Origin: an uncultured Candidatus Saccharibacteria bacterium
GTDB lineage: Bacteria > Patescibacteriota > UBA1384 > XYA2-FULL-43-10 > 1-14-0-10-43-13
DNA: 32,000 nt
Assembly: GCA_964543385.1 (NCBI GenBank)
Contig: CAZIYE010000001.1
Location: 600,001-632,000, forward strand
Reading direction: 5' to 3'
Shown in pieces: positions 10,648 through 18,825 of this stretch (its first letter is position 1; the number at the start of each line of letters is the position of its first letter). The translations under genes and the position numbers were made by a program. Below the pieces are notes generated by a model. That model had not been told where the DNA came from. It ran no database searches and saw only the letters and a list, made by a program, of their open reading frames with translations.

Positions 10648-10704
10648 CAATTTATTTTCCATAAGTTAAATATTGATCTACGGCCAGAACACTCTTTGTC
10701 AGAG

Positions 10705-10746
10705 AAAAAAATAACTCCCTGCTGTAATTGCGGAGAGTTATTTTTA
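10705..10746. terminator. Bidirectional rho-independent terminator between convergent genes
   Basis: AAAAAATAACTCCC-tgctgtaattgc-GGAGAGTTATTTTTT between the plus gene ending at 10647 and the minus gene ending at 10763. Confidence 0.85.
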
Positions 10747-10762
10747 TATAGAAGCTAGTAGG

Positions 10763-11317
10763 TTAGGATTTTCTCATAAACCTATTTTTCAATCCCTGAA
10801 TAGACAGAGCAAGAACACCGCCTGCAAGTGCAGTATAGAGCTGAATCATACCCATCGAAATGGCAAATGGCTTTGGTAGTACATGAAGCTTGATCAATAT
10901 TATGGCTATTGAATATAGAAAAGCCATTTTTAATACAGCGCCGATTATCAATCCCAGCCATTTATATTTTGCACCACGGATAGAATAACCGAGGATAAGA
11001 TTTCCGAGCCAAATAAAGGGGACCATGTAAACAAGGAATATCGAGAGTGGGCCGAAAACTAATCCCCTAGAAAGGACTCCAATGCTTGGCAGTAATAGGA
11101 TTGGCAGTATCTGCCAATTTTTCAAATTTAATGCAGCAAGAACTATAGTGGCATTAACTAATATGCCGACAAGAAGCTGTGGGTGACCAAGTGAGAAGGG
11201 AATCATCAGGGCGGCAACTGATATAATCAGGAACTCTGCTATCTCTCTTGTTTTTACAATTTTCTGACTCTGTGTTTCTAACGCTACTGCTTTTATTTTT
11301 TCCATCGAATACTCCAA
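10763..11317 (-). CDS. Small polytopic membrane protein, possibly ECF-transporter S-component-like
   Basis: 184 aa, 5-6 predicted hydrophobic helices (FLIISVAALMIPF..., ILPILLLPSIGVLSRGLVFGPLSIFLVYMVPFIWLGN). Family name is tentative. Confidence 0.5.
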   Translation of the reverse strand: MEYSMEKIKAVALETQSQKIVKTREIAEFLIISVAALMIPFSLGHPQLLVGILVNATIVLAALNLKNWQILPILLLPSIGVLSRGLVFGPLSIFLVYMVPFIWLGNLILGYSIRGAKYKWLGLIIGAVLKMAFLYSIAIILIKLHVLPKPFAISMGMIQLYTALAGGVLALSIQGLKNRFMRKS

Positions 11318-11328
11318 TTAAATATTTC

Positions 11329-11943
11329 TTATCCTTTTAATTTCTTATAAATGAGAGCATCCGCCACCATGGATGTTGGTATTGTTGCAAAAAGGCCAAT
11401 GCCTAGCGCCAAGGCTCCCAAAAGGTTCATTCCGATCAAAGTGAGACCGAAAAGAAAGAGTTGCCACTTTTTCCCTTTAGTTATCCGGCTGCTCTCTTTC
11501 ATGGCGTCTATTGGATTCATTTGTTTATCAATAACTAAATATGGAGCCATAGAAAATTGAATAGCCCAGATGACACCTGGCACTACGAGTAGAACAAGCC
11601 CCGCCATAACTATTAAACTTATTAGAATAGAAAGAACTAAAAAGCTTAGATAATGAGTTGTAGTACCCTTTAAGCTATCCAATGAGAGCTTTTTGTTGTT
11701 AGCAGCGTCTAATGATATCTTTGCCGATGCTAATGTTACAAGTGTAGAGAGAAGCAACCCTATAATCACAAAAATACTTGTTGCAGGGTCCCCAATAGGC
11801 ATCTTTCTTGCAGAGGGATCTATGCCTTGAAGTATGGCAGCTACAATCATGAAGATAACAAAAAACCAAAAATTTTTCTTCATGATTCCCCAACCTGAAG
11901 AAATTACCTCTTTTATAGAAAAACTTTTCTCGCCCATAAACAT
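11329..11943 (-). CDS. Polytopic membrane protein of unknown function (YciC/glycerophosphodiesterase-membrane-domain-like)
   Basis: 204 aa, multiple TM segments; VVPGVIWAIQFSMAPYLVIDKQMNPIDAMKESSRITKGKKWQLFLFGL resembles small DUF membrane families. Confidence 0.55.
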   Translation of the reverse strand: MFMGEKSFSIKEVISSGWGIMKKNFWFFVIFMIVAAILQGIDPSARKMPIGDPATSIFVIIGLLLSTLVTLASAKISLDAANNKKLSLDSLKGTTTHYLSFLVLSILISLIVMAGLVLLVVPGVIWAIQFSMAPYLVIDKQMNPIDAMKESSRITKGKKWQLFLFGLTLIGMNLLGALALGIGLFATIPTSMVADALIYKKLKG

Positions 11944-12004
11944 CCTTTTTTATTTTAATTTATTATATTTTAATAATATTATAATTTAATTAACAATACT
12001 ATCT

Positions 12005-12871
12005 CTATTTAAGAGATAGTAGGATAATACCTGCCACGATAAGTGCGATAGCAAAATATTGTTTTGGCGACAATTTTTCCTTGTATACAAACCAGCCATA
12101 GATACAAACTACCAAAGGACTTGCAGCTGCTATTGCTGTCATAACGCTGAGAGAATATATCTTTATTCCCTGGTAGTATGATAATACTCCCAGAACAGAC
12201 AAAACAGCGATTATTAACACTGGTTTAATATTATTGTATGACGGTTTATCAACTTTCTCCTTACCTATTAGCATAATAATAAAAACTATTATAAGCATGA
12301 TCGTCTCTTCTAAATACGTTGTAAGTACGGCTCCCATTTCCATTACTGGTATTCTGATAAGAAAAAAATAAATTCCCCAGCCAATTGCTGCCAATATCGC
12401 GTAATAAATCCCGCTGGATTTTTGAAAAAGATGCGAATTTTTAAAATCTCTAAAATTTATTGATATCAAAAATATACCGCAGATGATGATTGTGATAGAG
12501 ATAATTTCAACCATTGAAAGACGGTCCTTGTAAACAGCCATAGCCAGGAAGGTTGTAAATATTGTGTAAATAGATGAAACAGGGCTGACTATACCAACTT
12601 TCCCTAAATCCATTCCTTTATAAAAAAAGTATAGAGGCCAGTAGCCAATAAACGAGATGGCAACAGTGATGAGAGTATATTTGAGGGAAAAGTTTGTAAA
12701 TTGCCCAGTGAACATAACAACAAAAAATAGAATAATAGACATGAAAACGCCGCGCCAAAACATAAGTTTATTTGGTCCAAAACTCTTTATGGGAACCTTT
12801 GAAATTGCGTTTCCAATGCCCATGAATATCAGGGAAGATATTCCGAGCAATAATCCTAGCTGACTATTCAT
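12005..12871 (-). CDS. EamA/DMT-superfamily transporter
   Basis: About 10 hydrophobic helices with duplicated EamA-like pattern (LGISSLIFMGIGNAISKVPIK...; AAASPLVVCIYGWFVYKEKLSPKQYFAIALIVAGIILLSL). Confidence 0.85.
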   Translation of the reverse strand: MNSQLGLLLGISSLIFMGIGNAISKVPIKSFGPNKLMFWRGVFMSIILFFVVMFTGQFTNFSLKYTLITVAISFIGYWPLYFFYKGMDLGKVGIVSPVSSIYTIFTTFLAMAVYKDRLSMVEIISITIIICGIFLISINFRDFKNSHLFQKSSGIYYAILAAIGWGIYFFLIRIPVMEMGAVLTTYLEETIMLIIVFIIMLIGKEKVDKPSYNNIKPVLIIAVLSVLGVLSYYQGIKIYSLSVMTAIAAASPLVVCIYGWFVYKEKLSPKQYFAIALIVAGIILLSLK

Positions 12872-13504
12872 TTATTTCTTGTTATCGATATTAATGTCAT
12901 ATTCTTTTTTCCATTCCCAGCCATGCTTTGCAAATTCTGGTTTCAGGCGTTCCTGCAGCTCTTGTAACATTGGGATTAACTCTGGAAATTTTTGTACTGC
13001 TTTATTAGGGTATGGAGCGATCAGTTCCGGATGGTCGAAACATTTATGACCTTTGCACAACATATGGTTTATACCTTCAATTTTATCTAGAGCTTTGACG
13101 AACCTAGCCTCTTTAGTCTTTGCTTCATCATATTCACGCCAGAGTTCGGCTAATTCTTGACCGCTTGATGCTGGAGCGATTTCTCTAATTTTTGTTATTG
13201 CATCAACCTCTAGGTCATGTTTTTCTTCTGGCGACTTAATACCAAAGGCAATCAAGGAGTAATCAGTATCACCGGCTAATGCTTCAACCAAGTCATGAAC
13301 AAGGGCTATTTTAACAGACTTTAGGACGTCGACGTTGAGCTTCATCTCATTGGCTGTAATAAAGGTTAGAAGGGCCAAATTCCAAGAGTGGTCGGCGCTG
13401 GACTCTTTCTTTTTCATCTCCTTGGTATGTAAAAAACGTTTTGTGGTCTTTAGTTTTTCAGATATTTCCAGAAGATCAAATAATTGTTTTATTTCCTGTG
13501 TCAT
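12872..13504 (-). CDS. HD-domain phosphohydrolase (5'-nucleotidase/YfbR-like)
   Basis: HSWNLALLTFITANEM...IALVHDLVEALAGDTD...EAKFVKALDKIE-type HD metal-binding pattern. Confidence 0.85.
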   Translation of the reverse strand: MTQEIKQLFDLLEISEKLKTTKRFLHTKEMKKKESSADHSWNLALLTFITANEMKLNVDVLKSVKIALVHDLVEALAGDTDYSLIAFGIKSPEEKHDLEVDAITKIREIAPASSGQELAELWREYDEAKTKEARFVKALDKIEGINHMLCKGHKCFDHPELIAPYPNKAVQKFPELIPMLQELQERLKPEFAKHGWEWKKEYDINIDNKK

Positions 13505-13567
13505 TTGTTCTTAATATAACACAAAAATAGAGGAGTAAAAATAAAACTCTATTTTTCTTAGAACAAA
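13504..13567 (-). terminator. Hairpin with U-rich 3' arm, overlapping the start codon of the downstream HD gene
   Basis: Inner perfect stem AAAAATAGAG (13523-13532)/CTCTATTTTT (13547-13556); outer stem TTTGTTCT (13504-13511)/AGAACAAA (13560-13567). Confidence 0.6.
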
Positions 13568-13670
13568 AATGAAAAAAACGAAACCTTCCGCAGAAGCGGT
13601 TCTGGTGTTTGCTGTTATGCTAGATGGCGGCGATGGGGGAGCATGATTGCCCTCCCATCGCCTGATAGAA

Positions 13671-13847
13671 TCATGCAGTCACCTGCAGTGGCACATTCTG
13701 CGAGTAGGTCTTTGGAAGACCATGACCATCGCATATTGGGCAAGTGATGTCTCTTGCATCGAATACGTTCCCGCATTCTTCGCAGAGCTTATCGCCAGTC
13801 CCAACAGTTTGCTGACGGTTGTCAGCATCGGTGTCCATATTAGGCAT
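13671..13847 (-). CDS. 58-aa mini-protein with two CxxC pairs (zinc-ribbon-like); not in the supplied ORF track
   Basis: Translated by hand from the minus strand: MPNMDTDADNRQQTVGTGDKLCEECGNVFDARDITCPICDGHGLPKTYSQNVPLQVTA*. GGAGG SD (ggaggtcatcATG). Confidence 0.75.
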   Translation of the reverse strand: MPNMDTDADNRQQTVGTGDKLCEECGNVFDARDITCPICDGHGLPKTYSQNVPLQVTA

Positions 13848-13895
13848 GATGACCTCCTTCTGGTCTTCTCAAGCGCAACAGCTCAAATTCTCAAA

Positions 13896-13901
13896 ATTAT
13901 A
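13896..13901 (-). promoter_or_regulatory. Putative -10 element (TATAAT) for the 58-aa CxxC gene
   Basis: Exact TATAAT on the minus strand ~49 nt upstream of the ATG; no clear -35 at optimal spacing. Confidence 0.4.
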
Positions 13902-13945
13902 ACGTAAAAAAGACTACCAGTATACAGTCAAAACTGTGGATAATG

Positions 13946-14263
13946 CTAAGAGTGCTTCTCGTTTATATTTTCCCAGTTCCAGTCTCTATTTTTATTCAAT
14001 TCCATCTTTTGTAATATTGCTTTTTCAACATCAATATTGAGAGCTGTGGCCAGATGGAGAGTCCGCTGAATTACATCACCTAATTCCTCTGCAAAACCAT
14101 CCTTGCCGTCAATGTTATTATGTCGGTATGCCTCATAAGCCTCTGAAACTTCCGAGTGGATCAAGGCAATCTTTTCAGCCACATTAATATCTTTTGGGTT
14201 TGTACCGAACCCCTTTTCTTTTGCTTGAATTAAAATTTTATTTTGCAACTCTTTAATTTCCAT
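13946..14263 (-). CDS. MazG-like nucleotide pyrophosphohydrolase
   Basis: EKIALIHSEVSEAYEAYRHNN...FAEELGDVIQRTLHLATALNIDVEKAILQKMELNKNR: EExxE/ExxD metal-binding arrangement. Confidence 0.85.
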   Translation of the reverse strand: MEIKELQNKILIQAKEKGFGTNPKDINVAEKIALIHSEVSEAYEAYRHNNIDGKDGFAEELGDVIQRTLHLATALNIDVEKAILQKMELNKNRDWNWENINEKHS

Positions 14264-14805
14264 TAGAACCTTAACTCCTTAAATGAATGTAGATCGATCC
14301 CATAGCGTTTATAGATTGCGATCGTGCCTATATGGCCGGCATCCTTATTTTCTAACCCTAAGATCTTTAAGCCATTTTTTACTTCGGCTTCACTTTTTCC
14401 TTCGATCTCCATAATTGGCGGAATTTTGGGCCAAGTGTCAAAGACAAATTCCATATTGAGATATCTAAATTTGTGCCTTCTATTTTCCTGATAATATTTG
14501 CCTTTAAACGGCACCTTGGAGAGTATTTGTGCAGTCCTGTCAAAGTCATCAACCTCGACCTCTATCTCCGAAGTATCACTCATGCCTTTACCAACTTTAT
14601 TTTTATAGGTAATAATTGGTTTTTTGTCTCCGGCTTGACGTAGACGAATCCATTCACCCATATGGATATCATTACACGGATCGATATCAAAAATCCAACG
14701 ATGCTGGAAAACCTCTGGTTCCTCAACAGCTCCCAATTTTCGTAATTTATCTTTTATTTCCTCGACATCAAGATCGAGGATCTGAGTTTCAAATTCTTTT
14801 TCCAT
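14263..14805 (-). CDS. CYTH-domain protein (class IV adenylate cyclase/triphosphatase-like)
   Basis: MEKEFETQILDLDVEEIKDKLRKLGA...EWIRLRQAGDKKPIITYKNKV...FVFDTWPKIPPIMEIEGKSEAEV. Confidence 0.85.
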   Translation of the reverse strand: MEKEFETQILDLDVEEIKDKLRKLGAVEEPEVFQHRWIFDIDPCNDIHMGEWIRLRQAGDKKPIITYKNKVGKGMSDTSEIEVEVDDFDRTAQILSKVPFKGKYYQENRRHKFRYLNMEFVFDTWPKIPPIMEIEGKSEAEVKNGLKILGLENKDAGHIGTIAIYKRYGIDLHSFKELRF

Positions 14806-14808
14806 AAT

Positions 14809-15450
14809 TCATAAATATTCTTTTAGCTCTTCTAGTCTATCAATAATTATATCAGGCTCGTAAGGCAAGAACTCTTCTCTAGAGGCAAAACCGGTTGTTA
14901 CTGCACAAGATGAGACACCTGATTCTTTTGCTGCCAGTACATCGTTTACATGATCACCTATATACATGGCCTCTGATTTATTAACTCCAAGTTCATTAAT
15001 ACATTGGATAATTCTTTGAGCTTTGCTGTGTCCAGAATTTGTCTCATAAACAGCAGAGAATTGGATGTCACAATTATTTTTATTTTTTATGACATCATCA
15101 ATAATTTCTTTTGTGTTGCCAGAAACTATACAGAGTTTAATATTGTTTTCTTGCCATTCTTTTAGGAGATTACGGCTCTCCAAGGAGACATCTTTATAAT
15201 GTCTGGTGCAATTGTCAATCAATAAATATTCAATTTCTTCTGCTGACAGGGGCGTCTCATTTATCTTCTTTGCTTTATGGGAATTTATCTTAAATGTTGC
15301 TCCCCAAAGTTCACTTTCTGGAATATCGCCAAAGGAGATATTATGGAGATCGCGCAGTTCTTTTCTCGCTTTCCTTGAAATATCTTTTGAATCAATTAAT
15401 GTCAGATCGAAATCAAATATTAATGCTTTGATACAACTCTTGTTTAGCAT
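14809..15450 (-). CDS. HAD-superfamily hydrolase, phosphoglycolate-phosphatase-like (start set to MLNKSCIKALIFDFD rather than 15534)
   Basis: LIFDFDLTLIDS (motif I), KLCIVSGNTKEI (motif II region), SEAMYIGDHVNDVLAAKESG (motif IV). Confidence 0.87.
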   Translation of the reverse strand: MLNKSCIKALIFDFDLTLIDSKDISRKARKELRDLHNISFGDIPESELWGATFKINSHKAKKINETPLSAEEIEYLLIDNCTRHYKDVSLESRNLLKEWQENNIKLCIVSGNTKEIIDDVIKNKNNCDIQFSAVYETNSGHSKAQRIIQCINELGVNKSEAMYIGDHVNDVLAAKESGVSSCAVTTGFASREEFLPYEPDIIIDRLEELKEYL

Positions 15451-16495
15451 GGTTTGTCCCAAATTCTTTGATAAATAATATCCTATTATTTGCCAGTTGG
15501 TCAGATGGTGATGTTTCAATAATATCATAACCATTACTTATTAAGTAAGCGAGCATGGCACGGCGATTGTTCCTCGTTTTGATTTTGAGACTCTTGTAAC
15601 CTTGTCTTTTTGCATATGCTTCCAAGTGCCCCATTAAAAGTTTGAGCATCCCTAACCGTCGGTATTTTGGTATTACCCCTGCCATCCAGCAGTAATAAGA
15701 ACCGTCTTTATCACGGTCATAGGCTACGATGTATCCAGCCGGCTGGCTATCTTTATGGGCAACCAATATAATCTCGTTTTTGCCTACAAATCTATCTTCA
15801 AAGTAGCTGGAATTAAATTTATGATCAAGGTCTGGTATCTGATTTGAGAGTTTTACAATCTCGTCTACTGTGCCAATTTCAATTCTTCCTGGCATACCGT
15901 ACATTCCATTAGCTTCCTTCTCTGCTCTCTCATTCATCAGAATATCCATTATTTCTTTCATAACAGGCTCTATTTCCAGATGGGGTTTCGCATACTCAAT
16001 AGTCTCAGGAATAGTATCTCCTTCGCGAAACCAATGAACTTTCTCTGCAACATTATACTGTAGGGAATAAATAAGTTTATCCAATCCTTTCACTATCTTA
16101 GCCTCAATCGTTTTTCCATCCTCATACTCCTCCCATATCTCTCGCATTTCCTCCGATAAATCATTGGGCAATATCGGGAATATTTTGTCGGCAGATGCAA
16201 TTTCATTTCGCCTTTTTTGAGCTTTTTCTTCTGCTGTAGTAACCCAGTCATCGCCAGTGTATATCTCTACAAGATCATGGACCAGAGCTAATTTTATGGC
16301 TCTATTAATATCAAACTTATTTTGAAATTCCTTTTCTAGAACCAAAACCATCATGGCTAAATGCCAAGAGTGTTGAGTATCATCCTCAATGGTTTTCTTG
16401 TCTGAGAGGTAGGGAACCCGCTGGATCAATTTCAGTTTCTCAATCTCTCTGACAAAGTCCAAGATTTTATTCAGTCTTTTATTCATTTTATTCAA
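15413..16495 (-). CDS. HD-domain phosphohydrolase fused to a GNAT N-acetyltransferase domain
   Basis: N-terminal half: HSWHLAMMVLVLEKEF...IKLALVHDLVEIYTGDDW...IVKGLDKLIYSLQYN. C-terminal half: YYCWMAGVIPKYRRLGMLKLLMGHLEAYAKRQGYKSLKIKTRNNRRAMLAYLISNGYDII (GNAT acetyl-CoA-binding region). Confidence 0.85.
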   Translation of the reverse strand: MNKMNKRLNKILDFVREIEKLKLIQRVPYLSDKKTIEDDTQHSWHLAMMVLVLEKEFQNKFDINRAIKLALVHDLVEIYTGDDWVTTAEEKAQKRRNEIASADKIFPILPNDLSEEMREIWEEYEDGKTIEAKIVKGLDKLIYSLQYNVAEKVHWFREGDTIPETIEYAKPHLEIEPVMKEIMDILMNERAEKEANGMYGMPGRIEIGTVDEIVKLSNQIPDLDHKFNSSYFEDRFVGKNEIILVAHKDSQPAGYIVAYDRDKDGSYYCWMAGVIPKYRRLGMLKLLMGHLEAYAKRQGYKSLKIKTRNNRRAMLAYLISNGYDIIETSPSDQLANNRILFIKEFGTNHAKQELYQSINI

Positions 16496-16905
16496 ATTAT
16501 TTTCTCATCAATAAGCATCTGTTTGTGATCAAAAGCCAAATTCATATTTCTAATTTCAGACGGAAGAAACCAAACAAGCTCAGAAACTTCCCTCGGTTCT
16601 AGTATGAAATTATAATCTCTCAATTTGCATCGGTGGGGGAGGCATATTACAGTTTTTGTCGGATGACGTCCGATAGCGTCGTAATATTTACCAGTATATT
16701 CTATATCATATATTTCCTGACCGATCTCTTCTTGTACTTCACGTTTTAGAGCGTCTTCGACACTTTCGCCCCATTCTACCATGCCTGAAACAAGGCCCCA
16801 CATGTTCGGGTATGCTTTCGATGTTTCACTTCTTTTTATTAACAGAATCTTATCATCATCATTTTGGATAATTGCATCTACACCAATATAGGGGTGATCA
16901 TTCAT
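16492..16905 (-). CDS. NUDIX hydrolase
   Basis: Nudix box GMVEWGESVEDALKREVQEEIGQEI. Confidence 0.93.
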   Translation of the reverse strand: MNDHPYIGVDAIIQNDDDKILLIKRSETSKAYPNMWGLVSGMVEWGESVEDALKREVQEEIGQEIYDIEYTGKYYDAIGRHPTKTVICLPHRCKLRDYNFILEPREVSELVWFLPSEIRNMNLAFDHKQMLIDEKII

Positions 16906-17821
16906 ATCGTTCCTTTAATTTATTACCTGTCTTCATACTCTCTTTTATAACCAGATAGTTAGCAATAAGGATAAGTGCTCCGCCTATTACTATGCTTGTA
17001 GTAATTAATTGGTGAAAAAAGATAGCAGCAAGCACAGTCCCTACTACTGGCTCTATCAACATAATAACTCCTGCATCGGCAGTCGGCACTTTTTTTGTGC
17101 CTTGAAGGTAACAGAAATGGTTAATAATAAAGGCGATAATGCCAAACGAGAAGATAACAATCCAAGCAATGGTACTTTTATCGAGACTAAAGCCAGTCAA
17201 TGCTGGGTTGGCAACGAAATTTTTTGCGATTGGAAAAGTTATTAAAATAATTATAATCATTATCCAGCTGCCTAAAACCATTGTTTCTATCGGTTTTACA
17301 CCTTTCTTCGAGAGATAGCTGCCAACAGAGACCCAACCTGATAAGAATATACCGCCAAGAAGTGCAACTAAAATCCCAATCAGACTTCCAACGCTTGTAA
17401 TATTCAAAGGATTCACTATTAAGACTACACCAGCAAGCACCATCACGCATGAAATGATATCTATCTTAGTAATCTTTTCTTTGAGAAATAACCAACTCGT
17501 CAAAGTTGTCCAAAGGGGCTGGACATAGAGGAGCAAGACAGTGATCGCAATAGAAGCACCGAGAATAGGAGCAGCAAATTGACAAAAATTTATCCCAGCT
17601 TCCACAAAACCATAAAGCAGCAATATAGGCAGAAGAGATTTAAGATTTTTCGACCGCTTTATAATAAAAAATAGTGGAGTGATAAATATCAAACTGAAGA
17701 GATAGGGGAAAGTGGAGATCTGGAAGAGAGAAAATCCCATATTAGCCAATATCTGTCCGCCGAAGACGATCATGCCGGAAATGATTCCTGAAATAATTAC
17801 AAATATGTAGCTACTAGTCAT
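16898..17821 (-). CDS. EamA/DMT-superfamily transporter
   Basis: Multi-TM; VLLLYVQPLWTTLTSWLFLKEKITKIDIISCVMVLAGVVLIV and repeat in the C-terminal half (GVIMLIEPVVGTVLAAIFFHQLIT). Confidence 0.88.
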   Translation of the reverse strand: MTSSYIFVIISGIISGMIVFGGQILANMGFSLFQISTFPYLFSLIFITPLFFIIKRSKNLKSLLPILLLYGFVEAGINFCQFAAPILGASIAITVLLLYVQPLWTTLTSWLFLKEKITKIDIISCVMVLAGVVLIVNPLNITSVGSLIGILVALLGGIFLSGWVSVGSYLSKKGVKPIETMVLGSWIMIIIILITFPIAKNFVANPALTGFSLDKSTIAWIVIFSFGIIAFIINHFCYLQGTKKVPTADAGVIMLIEPVVGTVLAAIFFHQLITTSIVIGGALILIANYLVIKESMKTGNKLKERYE

Positions 17822-17858
17822 TTTTGCCTATTATTAAATTAATTTTTTCTCTTTAGAT

Positions 17859-18791
17859 CTATAATGTCTCGTAAGTTTCTAGCTTTTTCTTTAGATCTCT
17901 ATTTTTTTCTGATCTAGTTACAAGCAATATACCAATAAATGCCAAGAGCGTGCCAATAATAAATCCAAAGGTTAGTTTTTCTCCCAACAAACTCATTGCC
18001 CAGATAATTGTAAATGTTGGCTGGAGGTAGAGGACTGTAGATGCTATTGATGGCGAGGAGTGTTTTATCGAATATTGATACATCAGATAATATCCGCCTG
18101 TCCCAATAATACCAACATAGAGAAGTGACAAGATTGAAGGTAAAGAGGGGAGATGGAAAAGATCAAAATTCTTGCCGATGGTGAATGGCAGTAGTAACAA
18201 CTGGATTAAAAATGTTGTTACTACAAAATAAACTGTGATGGCAATCGGTGAAAATTCATCATGTTGTTTCTTCGAGAGGACAGAGTATAAAGAATGAGAA
18301 CATACTGATACAAGAACTAGCAAATTACCAACAATATTTCCGTTTAGTGAAGATTTCCCGATTATCACCGGGAGCATAATTATCAAAAGTGCACCGATAA
18401 AACCAATTACAATTCCTATTTTTGCTCTCGTCTCAAGCCTTTCTTTTAGCAGAAAATAGGAAATAAGTCCTGCCAAAAGCGGTGAAAGCGTGTATATTAT
18501 TTGGGCTGAAGATGCCGTCGTTAATTTAACGCCAAAGATAAAAACAATAATATTAGCAGCCCCAAAGATAGATACAGGCAGGAGCTTTTTAAAATTCTTA
18601 AAAATTAGCTTTTCTTTTTGCATGTAGAAAACGGGCAGGAGAACAGCTAGGGCCAGAACAAGTCTAAAGAAAACAAAGGTAATCGGTTCAATCTCTCGGA
18701 GGCCAAATTTTGACAGAACAGAAACGCCCGCGCCGGCAATAGCGGTGATCAAGATAAGCAGAAATGATTTGTAATTTCCAAAAATTTTCAT
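17859..18791 (-). CDS. EamA/DMT-superfamily transporter
   Basis: Multi-TM; TTASSAQIIYTLSPLLAGLISYFLLKERLETRAKIGIVIGFIGALLIIM; PSIASTVLYLQPTFTIIWAMSLLGEKLTFGFIIGTLLAFIGILLV. Confidence 0.9.
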   Translation of the reverse strand: MKIFGNYKSFLLILITAIAGAGVSVLSKFGLREIEPITFVFFRLVLALAVLLPVFYMQKEKLIFKNFKKLLPVSIFGAANIIVFIFGVKLTTASSAQIIYTLSPLLAGLISYFLLKERLETRAKIGIVIGFIGALLIIMLPVIIGKSSLNGNIVGNLLVLVSVCSHSLYSVLSKKQHDEFSPIAITVYFVVTTFLIQLLLLPFTIGKNFDLFHLPSLPSILSLLYVGIIGTGGYYLMYQYSIKHSSPSIASTVLYLQPTFTIIWAMSLLGEKLTFGFIIGTLLAFIGILLVTRSEKNRDLKKKLETYETL

Positions 18792-18825
18792 TTGATACCA
18801 ATAAATTGATCAGTTTTTAAATTAT

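Noticed and set aside
13647-13907. 86-aa plus-strand ORF in the track
   Set aside because: Antisense to the SD-led minus-strand 58-aa CxxC gene; no SD and composition not protein-like.
15451-15534. 28-aa N-terminal extension of the HAD ORF
   Set aside because: It lies within the C-terminal coding region of the HD-GNAT gene; the MLNKSCIKALIFDFD start fits the fold.
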